NCBI GenBank assembly: GCA_002269645.1
Contig: NIVC01004140.1
Span: forward strand, 1 to 58,444
Length of the DNA stretch: 58,444 bases
Direction of reading: 5' to 3'
DNA from: Macrostomum lignano
Taxonomy: Eukaryota
The position numbers and the translations under genes are program-made. Positions 1-10,967 of the stretch are shown here, one piece after another. The notes below the pieces were generated by a model. The model worked only from the letters and a program-made list of their open reading frames with translations, was not told the DNA's origin and did not search any database. Position 1 is the stretch's first letter. Each line of letters opens with the position of its first letter.

Positions 1-1095
1 AACAGCTCAAGAAGGTCAAGTGCCCCAAAATAGCTGAAGGAGGTCAATTGCCCTCTAAAAACAGCTCAAGAAGGTCAAGTGCCCCCAAAAATAGCTGAAG
101 GAGGTCAAGTGCCCTCTAAAAACAGCTCAAGAAGGTCAAGTGCCCCCCAAAACATCTCAAGAAGGTCAAGAGCCCCCTAAAAACACTCAAAAGGTCAAGT
201 GCCCCCAAAAATAGCTGAAGGAGGTCAATTGCCCTCTAAAAACAGCTCAAGAAGGTCAAGTGCCCCCAAAAACAACTGAAGGAGGTAAATGCCCTTAAAA
301 ACAACTGAAGGAGGTTAAATGCCCTTAAAAACAACTGAAGGAGGTTAAATGCCCTTAAAAACAACTGAAGGAGGTTAAATGCCCTTAAAAACAACTGAAG
401 GAGTTAAATGCCCTTAAAAACAACTGAAGGAGGTTAAATGCCCTTAAAAACAACTGAAGAGGTTAAGTGTCCCCAAAAACCACTGAAGGAGGTCACGTGC
501 CCCCAAAAATAGCTGAAGGAGGTCAATTGCCCTCTAAAAACAGCTCAAGAAGGTCAAGTGCCCCCAAAAATAGCTGAAGGAGGTCAATTGCCCTCTAAAA
601 ACAGCTCAAGAAGGTCAAGTGCCCCAAAAATAGCTGAAGGAGGTCAAGTGCCCTCTAAAAACAGCTCAAGAAGGTCAAGTGCCCCCAAAACATCTCAAGA
701 AGGTCAAGAGCCCCTAAAAACAGCTCAAGAAGGTCAAGTGCCCCAAAAATAGCTGAAGGAGGTCAATTGCCCTCTAAAAACAGCTCAAGAAGGTCAAGTG
801 CCCCAAAAACAACTGAAGGAGGTTAAATGCCCTTAAAAACAACTGAAGGAGGTTAAATGCCCTTAAAAACAACTGAAGGAGGTTAAATGCCCTTAAAAAC
901 AGCTCAAGAGGTCAAGTGCCCCAAAAAACAACTGAAGGAGGTTAAATGCCCTTAAAAACAACTGAAGGAGGTTAAATGCCCTTAAAAACAACTGAAGGAG
1001 GTTAAGTGTCCCCAAAAACCACTGAAGGAGGTCACGTGCCCCAAAAACAACTAAAGGAGGTCACGTGCCCCCTCAAAAACAGCTTAAGGCGGTCA
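1..1095. repeat. ~30-bp minisatellite array (intron 3 of the UBE2Q-like gene; runs off the window edge)
   Basis: Three related unit types (AACAGCTCAAGAAGGTCAAGTGCCCCAAAA; ATAGCTGAAGGAGGTCAATTGCCCTCTAAA; ACAACTGAAGGAGGTTAAATGCCCTTAAAA) repeated head-to-tail. Confidence 0.95.
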
Positions 1096-1245
1096 AGTGC
1101 CTCATACCGCCAAGCTCAGGCAAGGAAATGAGAGGGGAATCAAGTGCCCCCAGCCACAAACAGCGGAAAGGAAACACGGGGTCCAGAGCCTTACTCCAAA
1201 CAGCTGCAAGAATGTATCAAGCCGGGTGCTTCAAGCGGTGCTCAC

Positions 1246-4200
1246 TTGTACAGCTCCTTCAGCTCCTTCATCAACCGGTCCGTAGCCTGCACCGAGGCGC
1301 CCGGAGTTGGCGACGGATTCGCCGAAGCGGCGGCGTTGCGGCAGCCGGGGAGGCGGCGGGGCTCTGGGTGCCGGGCGAGGACACGGAGCGGCGCAGGTAC
1401 ATATCCCGCTGGGCAGAGCGGAGCCGCCTGAGCTGATCGATGTGGGCGCGCGACTCGATGCCAGCGAACTCGGCGGGCACGGACAGGTCCTCGTCGCCGC
1501 GTTGGCGTCGCCGGCTGCAGCGGCGCCGCCTGCGGTGGCGGCCGAGGCTGCCGACGAGCCGTGGCCAGAGTCGGAGCCGGACGGGGCAACCTGCGGGGGC
1601 GGGGTGGGAAAGTGGAAATGAAACTGAGAATCTGGGAGGCTGGCCCAGCAACTGAGGATCTGGGAGGCTGGCCCAGCAACTGAAAATCTGGGAGGCTGGA
1701 GCCCCAGCTGAGGCCAGCAACACATTCAGCCAAGCCGCACCTGCTGGTCATCATCGAAGTCCTCGAACCCGGTGTCCTCCTCATCGGACATGGCCACTGC
1801 GGCGGCAGCGGCGGCGGCTCCAGCAGCGGCAGCCGCGGCGGCGGAGGCGGCGGCCCGCAGGACGGGGACTTCAGCGGGGATGGGGAGACGAAGGTGCGGC
1901 AGAGAGTCTCAAGCAGCTGGCAGGCCTGCAGCAGGAGGAGGCCGCGGGAGCCGGCGGGAGTGGCCGGGCAGTCCTGCAGGTCGGACAGAGCCGAGGTGAC
2001 CTGCTGATTGTCCGAGTCTGAGAACCAGAGCGGCGCCACTCGGGGATAGTTTTCCTGATCAAATGGGACAGATTCGGGTCAGCAAAAGTATGCAAACTGA
2101 GTTCGATAAAACATAGATTTCTGCTTTTTTGGGATTAATTGTGTTCGAATTCGATGTCAGATAGGATGGAATTATTCGATATTGGTGGGATAAGGATCAT
2201 GTTCTACCCAAAGTCTACTTTGGATAGACTACAATCCAAAGATCCAATGTTTATCTTTTGATATCTCTAGCCTTTCCTATAGCTCTATTGATATTCAGAT
2301 TATATCCTACATACAATTGTACATGTCTTGTGCCTAAAAATCTAGAATGATGATATTAAATTTATATTAGAATCCTAATTTTGTTATGGCAAAACTTTAA
2401 TAAGAAATTATGATTTTTATATGCTACTACACTATAATTAATTATAATATTAATACATATTGCTTATTAATAGTTATTATAAATGGTTAATACTTATATG
2501 TATTCAATCTTTTTTATCTTTAGTTTAATTATATCTAATAGTAATCTTTATATGCACAACTTTGAGAATCACCTAGCCATTTCTATTGGCAATGCATATA
2601 TATATATAAGTTCCTATTAACTAAGAGTAGTCATGTGATTACTATTCCATCTATTAGTTACTTACATATATGTATTGCCAATAGAAACAGCTAGGTAAAT
2701 CCCTAGGTTACATTGGGATGTGGTCATTTTATCTACTATTAGTTTGTCTACTAGCAGACAAAATGAGTATTCGATAGTAGGTGCGTTAATTGTTTATTTT
2801 AATATTATTATATAATAAACTATATATTACATGATTAATTAATTGATTTTTGCATAATTTAGTCACCAATATTCAAAGCAAAAAAAGTAAAAACTGTCAT
2901 AGTTTGTTTACACATTAACTAATTTTATTGTTGTCTTTTTTATATTCACTTAGTTTAAAAAATATTTTGCAACATAACCTTTGGCAATGCTTTGATTTCA
3001 ATTCATTGCATTATATAGTGCTATAATTATAAAAAATGCACAAAGAAACTATATGAACCTCTTTATTTTATATGAAATTTCTACCAAAATATACATTCAA
3101 AACTTGGGATAAATCTATATTTATCTTAACAAAAGTAGCACTAAAGGATAAAAAAGATGGCTTATTTGTAAAAAAAATACTCTTTGCATCAATATATTTT
3201 TCATTTCTTCATTTGCTATATATTGCTTTCATTAGACATAACAACAGATAAACTATCTAGATACTTATCCTAGCATGGGCCTCTAGGCTCTAGCCAATGA
3301 ACCAACAATAAAAAAATGACCCAGTTATACCCAAGCATGATCTAAATTTAAGTATCATTTATACTTTATACATAACCATAAGCCTTGGTCCTAGATAGAT
3401 TCGGCCATTAGGCCTATATAAAAAAACTAAGCATAGGGCTAGGCCTATTCAAATTATAAAAATGCTACTGCTAGGGCCTAATATATACGAGGGGTGTTGC
3501 AAAAGTTTCCGGACTAATGCTCTTCATAGTGATAATTCGTGTTTGATTTGGCTGAAAATTGATGTCTATGGTATTCAGCCATAGAAAAAAACTTTTCCTA
3601 AAAGTTTTTGCAGCTTAGTCAATCACAGCATACATCACGGCCAAAATAAGTTGCAACCCTTTGAAGCTGTTGACACGATTTTTCACAAACCAAAAGGGAG
3701 CAAAAATGAGTCGACCAAAGAATCCATTGGAGTTCGGGTCTAAGGAAAGCCAGCGCCACTTTATCATGGCATGCCAACAACAGGGCAAAACAGTGACACA
3801 GACCTTTGATGAGGTGCGTCTTGCTTTCGGTGTTCACGCCCTGGGTCGCACTCAAGTGTTTGAGCATCACTGACTCGCTGCTGACGGTGTCACCAACGTC
3901 GCTGATGCCTCTCGATCTGGGCGTCCTCGCTCGAGCACAGGTCATGACAAAACAACTGCTATTCTTGACTATTTGAAAGAAAATCCGTCTGCATGCATGC
4001 GTGAAATGGAGACTGCTGTTGGTATCCACTACTCATCTGTGTGCCGCATTCTGCAACGCCAAGGCTACTCCAAGATTTGTGCAAAGTGGGTGCCACGTGA
4101 ACTGACGGAAGAGCACAAGAAAGCACGTGTGCGTTACTCGCTAGAGAACTGGGCGTTGTGGAATGAACTGGGTGACAGCAAGTTCAAAGAGCTGCTCATC

Positions 4201-5251
4201 ACAATGGATGAAACACCGCTGCCCATGTTTCAACCGCAGACGAAACAGCAGACTATGCATTGGGGCCCAAAAGGAAGCCACCCGAACCAGAAGGCCATGA
4301 AGTCGGCATGGATGCAGAGTGTCATGTGCACTATGTGGTTTGATGCTCGTGGTGTGCTGATGGTTGACCACCTGCCCCAAGGTCAGACCATCAATGCTGA
4401 CTATGTCATCGATCAGCTCCACCGCCTGCGTGATGCCGTTCTGAGTAAGCGTCGCAATATGCGCCAGAAGCCCTTCATTCTCTGGGACAATGCGCGTCCT
4501 CATGCTGCCGCTTGCACGCAAGCCAAGGCGGAAGAGCTAGGCTTCTGACTGCTGAACCACCCAGCCTATAGTCCCGATCTCGCCATCGCCGATTTTCACC
4601 TCTTTGGCCCAATGAAGATGCCAATGCGTGGCGAGATCTTCACAACGCGCGAGGAGGTCATCGAAGCAGCCAACAAGTCTCTGCATCGGTTCGATGCCAG
4701 CTTCTGGGAGTCTGGCTTCGACAAGCTGATTGAGCACTACCAAAAATGCATCTCCATAAATGGCGAATACGTGGAGCGAGCCAGCAATCAATCTGTGGAC
4801 ACATCCGGCGATAGAAGCGACAGTGACAGTGATTGGTAGCTGTAACTTGGAAATCGTATTTCATGACTATAAATAATCTAGTGTACAATCGCTTATACTA
4901 TTAACCATCAACTCCAAACTTTCTGAAACTTTATAATATTATAAAATACAAGTTGCCTGTTTGTCTGTTTAAGTTTTTTGCTGAATCAAACAAAAATTAT
5001 CACCATGAAGAGCATTAGTCCGGAAACTTTTGCAACACCCCTCGTATAATAATATAATCTCATATGCAGCACAATTAACTTACCATTATAGTTGCAATCA
5101 ATTCAAATGATTGTGATTTCAAAATAAACTTGCAAGTCATTTCATCGAGGTTGGCTGATGAAACTCTAAATACACTATGGCCATGGGTCTTAGGAAAAGC
5201 ATTCTTCAGTTGGTCAATTTCTTCTTTTAAAGCTTTCAAACCGCTAGACAT
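1246..5251 (-). CDS. UBE2Q: UBE2Q-family ubiquitin-conjugating enzyme, exons 1-3 (3'-partial; three -1 frameshifts in this sequence)
   Basis: Exon 1 5251-5084 (MSSGLKALKEEIDQLKNAF...FRVSSANLDEMTCKF), exon 2 2054-1741 (ENYPRVAPLWFSDSDN...acidic linker MSDEEDTGFEDFDDDQQ), exon 3 1590-1246 (...LRRLRSAQRDMYLRRSV...GASVQATDRLMKELKELY), all GT-AG. Matches recalled UBE2Q1 motifs FRIASACLDELSCEF, ESYPAVPPIWSVESDD and GSVQATDRLMKELRDIY. The catalytic UBC exons lie left of the window. Confidence 0.9.
1623..1712. repeat. 28-bp tandem repeat x3 filling most of UBE2Q intron 2
   Basis: (A)ACTGAGRATCTGGGAGGCTGGCCCAGCA repeated three times. Confidence 0.85.
2571..2696. mobile_element. Small MITE-like inverted repeat
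   Basis: 31-bp arms ACCTAGCCATTTCTATTGGCAATGCATATAT / ATATATGTATTGCCAATAGAAACAGCTAGGT (3 mismatches) around ~65 bp; TSD not resolved. Confidence 0.55.
3488..5044 (+). mobile_element. Mariner transposon (irritans-like), full length, in UBE2Q intron 1
   Basis: 50-bp TIRs CGAGGGGTGTTGCAAAAGTTTCCGGACTAATGCTCTTCATRGTGATAATT (1 mismatch); TA TSD at 3486-87 and 5045-46; internal DD34D transposase. Confidence 0.95.
3706..4839 (+). pseudogene. Mariner transposase, 377 codons, two in-frame TGA stops
   Basis: ORFs 3661-3873, 3973-4548 and 4612-4839 are in one frame; motifs WVPREL, ITMDET, WDNARPH, YSPDLAIADF; stops at 3871-73 and 4546-48. Confidence 0.92.
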
Positions 5252-6228
5252 GTTGTTAAGCAGATTCCTAGACCTTGAAACAAAGATAGAGTTAAGAAAA
5301 AATGCAGAAAAAATCAATCTTTGTAATAGCCTAGCAGCTACAACTAACAGTCACAAATCTCACAATATCTAGAGGTAGGCCTATACTATGTAGTATGTAC
5401 GATGTGTTAAGGCAATTAGTCCAAGTCAAGATACATTAGTTACAGGTCAAGCTATTCAGCTTTTTTATTATTGATAATGTTTGTGTATGACTATGAGTAT
5501 GAGTTTTAACTTTTTTTAAGATTTGAGAATGAGAATTAAAAACTTTGCCAATTAAAGGCTGTTCCTGTTTGTGTTAGTTACTGAAGAACTATGATGAAAG
5601 TTAAGAAAAGAAAAACTGTCCACGCTTATAACAATCTGACATGAGCAATACTAGAACTGGTTGGCTTTTTTAATTTGAATTTGAAGTACGTGTATAGTTT
5701 AAAAATCAACTGAGAACTGTCTTTTTAAGAGAGCCCAGAGCGGAAATGATTTGTAAAATAAAACAAATGTTTGTAGACTTAAGCGCTGCGTAGGACTTTT
5801 AAATATATAAATATAAAAAAATTCTTTCTTCTTCTTTTTCGAATCGATAAATAACTAGGAAGGATAAGGAAGAGTTTGTGATCAAAATCTAATATATACT
5901 CAATTGGCTTATGTATACGTGCATGCCCACAATTTAACAGATGCTAGGAAAGATGAATGTTAGCGATGTTGTAATTCTGGTGTACATCTACGCCCACAGG
6001 CCACGTACGTATATGGTCGGTAGCTGGGGAAGATTAATGTTAGCATTAATGACAACAAATGACTTGTCACGGCCTGAGGGGCCACATCTGCTGAGAGCAA
6101 ACGATCTAGTACACGTTACATGTACGAATGAATATTTACATGTATATCATGTAGCGAGCGTCGTTTATTTGCGGAGCTACTCAATGAAAAACGAGAATTT
6201 GTGATAAAAATCGATCGCTTTTCCTTCT

Positions 6229-6941
6229 TGTTAGATCCTGCTTGTGGGATTCAATCAATTCATTCTCGAGTAGTAAACCTGCAGCTGAGATACAATTGTC
6301 AGGTGAAAATCATAACCCAGTTATCACGCTTCGATTTACTAATCGTCTAAGCATGCAGGCTAGTGAGTAGACGGATACAAAACAGAAGCTGTCAGCACAT
6401 CGTAATGAGATCTCAGGTGTAATAATGTACAACTACTTTTATTAAGCATTCCCTACCTTCAAAACTCTTTTGGTCGTAGTTGGGATCAGAACAGTGGGAC
6501 ATTGCTATCGGACCACAACCAAAGCTACCACTGCTCTATCTAAGGGCGCGTGCCCCTAGGAGGGTGAGGTCTAATCCCCTTTCTAAACTTGGTATCAGTA
6601 CTCGGGCCATAGCTCTGTACGAGCGTAAAGCTATCATTCCCCAGGTTACATTACAATCAAGTGTGATTTTACTGAGCTGATACTGCGGCATGTAAGAAAG
6701 CACATCTATTCCGTCAGCCCATCACACTCAAATTCAGAGCTCACTGTCAGCTTCTTGTTTGCAAAATATTTTATTCTGTTCTACTTTTATTATTGAAAGC
6801 CCTTAAGAATCAGATTAGATGGCTTCGTAAACAAAAATTGCACCAACAAAGATTCCCAGGATTGGCAAAGTCCGGGATATTCCGATCCTGAGAATCCTCG
6901 GATTGGCAATTCCAAAAACTCGGGGACTTTGTGCTTCCCTA
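6229..6941 (-). mobile_element. Non-autonomous hAT-like element carrying the ~450-nt passenger (copy 1, one end missing)
   Basis: 6258-6692 is about 90% identical (by eye) to the reverse complement of 40951-41398; the reverse complement of 6845-6941 (TAGGGAAGCACAAAGTCCCCGAG...) resembles the left end of the copy at 40903. Confidence 0.7.
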
Positions 6942-8111
6942 ATCACGACCAGAATTTTCAGGAATTTTCAGACATTGTTCATCTTCCTAGATTCTGTCGG
7001 CGGTGTTCGCGCCCCTAACCTGCCCTGTAATGCTTCTATTGTTTATAAGACACAGCCGACGGCGCATTTTGTTCCTGCTGTCTTCTTGTAATATGCTTCT
7101 GGAAGTTCAAGCCACCTTTAGTAGTTTCTGTGCAGCATAGCAGACCTCATAGTATTATGTCAGTTAAACACTTTCCACGAGGAAGAGATCTGTAACATGA
7201 ACAATACTCGAAAGTATAATTAAAATCTGTTTAATATAGTACGCATTTCATGTCCTTGCAGAAGCCATTGAGTCTTGTAATTATCACAAAGAGATAAATG
7301 AACATTGTAACTATAAGTATACTTTTTTAAATTAAACTTTTAACGATACGAAAGGATACAGAACTCTCTAAATTTGAATCATAACCTGTCATTCGTATGC
7401 TAGCCAGAAATTCCACGCGAAGCATTAGCATTCATGACTGAAAATAATTTTTATATTGTATTTCTATTCAAACTATTATCTATGTGGTCTTTCTTAATCG
7501 CGAGCAATGGTTGAGTAATCGCTTTATTAGAATATAAAAGTACAACAAGGCACTGCAGAAGTGCGTGTGCCTAATAAATATCAGGAAAAACCGCGGAATT
7601 TGTGTAAGCCTTGTATTACAATTGAACAAGCGGCACTTACTAAACACAGGATGCGCAATGCTTACTTTCGTTTTGATTTAAGAGTGCCTTTTAGTTACGG
7701 TCAGAGTCAGTATGAAAAAACACAAATTTAATTACGTTAAGCTAGAAACACTAATCAGAACAGGAATCAAGTTTCTAACTATAGGCATGGACTCTGACCA
7801 TTGTGCATAGGTTGACAAACTTGAAAAAAGGCCTAGCATTTGATATTAAAAAAATAAAATTAGAAATTTTGCTAACAGATAAAAGAAATTGCGATAAAGA
7901 ACTACATCGATTCACTAACAGGTGGCAAAATGTTTCAGTAATTCAAATTCGAGTTTTGAAAGACAAACGAGGATTGAACCGGCCGGCTCTGGCAGAGTTC
8001 GGACACGCTAAACAGGCTAGAAATTTCATATAGTCCACAGCAATCATTAATGCCAATATTCTAGCTGTAGCCAACTTAGTGCTCTTCACTCAATATCAAT
8101 CTGACTGTCTA

Positions 8112-8312
8112 TACTGCCTCACTGTCAGTGCCTCACTCCATCCACTCTACCAGTGCCTCACTCCACTCTACCAGTGCCTCACTCCACTTTGCCAGTTCCT
8201 CACTCCACTCTACCAGTGCCTCACTCTACTCTATCAGTTCCTCACTCCACTTTATCAGTGCCTCACTAACTGTCAATGCCTCACTCCACTCTATCAGTGC
8301 CTCACTCCACAC
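8112..8312. repeat. 21-bp minisatellite downstream of the ETS gene
   Basis: CAGTGCCTCACTCCACTCTAC, about 9 degenerate copies. Confidence 0.85.
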
Positions 8313-8498
8313 GAACAAACTTCATTCAGTAACCATGTATGCACACAAGCCACAGCAATCGCACATACTGCAGTGCCAACCAATAGAAACAGGACCGCTG
8401 CGGACTATATGACCCGTGCTGGAGAGAACTGGCCTCCAACAAAAGACCGGATAGCAGCAATACAACAGTGGGAGAACGGACAGTGAAAGCGTCCATCG

Positions 8499-10967
8499 CT
8501 ACAAGACCTGCTGCTCCTGCAGATCGCCAATACCGTCAGCTCCATCAAATTCTGCAGGCGCAGTTTCGGCCGCCTGGGCATCAACCAGGCGACGCAGCTC
8601 CGCAACCGAGTAGCCCAGGAGGCGCGGCATGTCGCACAGGAACCGGTAGACATAGCGCTGCCCGTTCTCGCTAGCCGGCTCTTTATGCAGCATGCCGCCC
8701 CGCTGGTAGTGCCGAAGGGCCCGCGAAATCTTGGCGAAAGTCATGCGCGGATTGCCGCGCCTGCGGCCCCAAACGGAGGCCAGGGCCGACGGGTTCAGCA
8801 CCGAGAAGGTGCCGTCGTCCGCGGAGCTCCAGCGAACTACGCGACGGTAGCGGCAGTCGGTGAGCAGGTCCAGCAGGAATTTCCACAGCTCGCAGGCTCC
8901 GCCGCTGCCGGTCACAGCGGCTGACAGCGTTGCTGACACAGACTGCGGATTGACAGAGCGGATTGAGGCTGAGTCTCACAGAGATTCTCAACCCATAGAC
9001 AGCAAAGCTCAGTGAAACAAACTAAAATTTCACTACAGCGATCTCACCCAGTGACGCACCAGAACCCGGAATCTCACCCAGTGACGCACCAGAACCCGGA
9101 ATCTCACCCAGTGACGCACCAGAACCCGGAATCTCACCCAGTGACGCACAAGAACCCGGAATCTCACCCAGTGACGCACCAGAACCCGGAATCTCACCCA
9201 GTGACGCACCAGAACCCGGAATCTCACCCAGTGACGCACCAGAACCCGGAATCTCACCCAGTGACGCACCAGAACCCGGAATCTCACCCAATGACGCACC
9301 AGAACCCGGAATCTCACCCAGTGACGCATCAGAACCCGGAATCTCACCCAGTGACGCACCAGAACCCGGAATCTCACCCAGTGACGCACCAGAACCCGGA
9401 ATCTCACCCAGTGACGCACCAGAACCCGGAATCTCACCCAGTGACGCACCAGAACCCAGAATCTCACCCAGTGACGCACCAGAACCCGGAATCTCACCCA
9501 GTGCCGCATCAGAACCAGAAATCTCACCCCGTAAGACACTAGAACCAGAAATCTCACCCTGTAAGAAACCAGAACCAGAAATCTCACCCCGTAAGACACC
9601 AGAACCAGAAATCTCACCCTGTAAGACACCAGAACCAGAAATCTCACCCAGTAAGAAACCAGAACCAGAAATCTCACCCCGTAAGACACCAGAACCAGAA
9701 ATCTCACCCCGTAAGACATCAGAACCAGAAATCTCACCCCGTAAGACACTAGAACCAGAAATCTCACCCCAAGACATCAGAACCAGAAATCTCACCTCGT
9801 AAGACACTAGAACCAGAAATCTCACCCCAAGACATCAGAACCAGAAATCTCACCCCAAAAGACATCAGAACCAGAAATCTCACCCCAAAAGACATCAGAA
9901 CCAGAAATCTCACCCGAAAGACATCAGAACCAGAAATCTCACCCCGTAATTGACACCAGAAATCTCACCGCGTTAGACACCAGAACCAGAAATCTCACCC
10001 CGTAAGACATCAGAACCCGGAATCTCAACCCTAAGAAACCAGAACAGTCCATAAAATGTCGCAAATCGGAATTCGCAGTCAAATAGAATACCTGAGGCTG
10101 GCCCTTAATGCTGCGACTGATTCGCATTTTGCCCAGCAGCGAAATCGGCTGTGGCGGGTTGGCCAGCGGCTTCTCAGCCGGGACCGCCAGAGGCATCTGC
10201 TGCAGCTGCACCGGCGTCGTGGGCGAAATCGGCTGACTGCCGGAGGCGCTGACCACAACAGCGGTGGCGGTGGCTGCTACAGGCAGGGGATGGCGGTGCA
10301 GCTTGGCCTCATTCTGTTGCTGCCGCTGCCGGCCCGGCTGCTGCGGCACGGCCACCATGTGCAATCGGCGAAGCAGCTTCAAATGTGTCCACAGTTCGCC
10401 ACCGACAGCGTCGCTCGGACACAACTGGCTGAACTCGACCGGCGTTAGCGCGGCCAATTCTTGGCCAGTCAGCGACTCCCAGGCCGGCTGGCGAAGCTCC
10501 GGCCGGCGGAATTTTCTGGCCGCCCAGTGGAGCCACAGGCGGAGCTGCGGCCGGGTCCAGCTGCAGGGGTCGGCGGACATGCCGTGCAGGCGCATGAGGG
10601 CGTGGAACTGGGCGTCCGGCTGCCAGGGCGGGTTGTGCAGGTAGCGGACTCCGCTGATGCGGGTGATGCTGATGCAGCGATCGCCGATCTCGGCGGTGAC
10701 CACAGCGGCGTGGCTCTGGCGGATCATCAGGCTGGCCAGGCGGACCTCGTCAGACAGGGGGATCTGGCCGTACAGCAGACAGGGCAGCGACATCAGCGAG
10801 GCCTGGGCGGAGGCTGGAGCCCGCTGATGCAGCTGGCGTTTCAACATGAGCAGAGAATCGCTGCTGTGCAGCTGCACCGCTAGTTTGCACTGCATGCCGC
10901 ACTGTAGCTGTGTTCTCTGTCCTGTGCTGCTGCCTGCTCTGGCCCAACCGAAAATCTCAGGGTTCAA
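8499..10967 (-). CDS. GABPA: GABPA/Ets97D-like ETS transcription factor (OST + PNT + ETS); start exon not identified
   Basis: Exon 10967-10092 (292 codons): OST-like LYGQIPLSDEVRL and PNT domain GMSADPCSWTRPQLRLWLHW...GGELWTHLKLLRR. Exon 8942-8499: ETS domain LWKFLLDLL...WGRRRGNPRMTFAKISRALRHY...YVYRF followed by the GABPA/ETS1-type tail LCDMPRLLGYSVAELRRLV. Phase-0 GT-AG junction. Orthology inferred from domain order. Confidence 0.8.
9040..10045. repeat. 30-bp minisatellite occupying the ETS-gene intron
   Basis: CTCACCCAGTGACGCACCAGAACCCGGAAT x~16 grading into CTCACCCCGTAAGACACCAGAACCAGAAAT and 28-29-bp variants. Confidence 0.95.

Noticed and set aside
1246-2054. Programmed ribosomal frameshifting in UBE2Q
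   Set aside because: Three separate shifts would be required, with no slippery heptamers. Sequence error or decay is far more parsimonious.
9012-9825. Long repeat-protein ORFs (also 38262-38813, 50618-51447, 53074-53908, 54511-55461, 558-752)
   Set aside because: Stop-free frames produced by tandem repeats whose unit length is a multiple of 3. Most are inside introns of other genes and are open in several frames at once.
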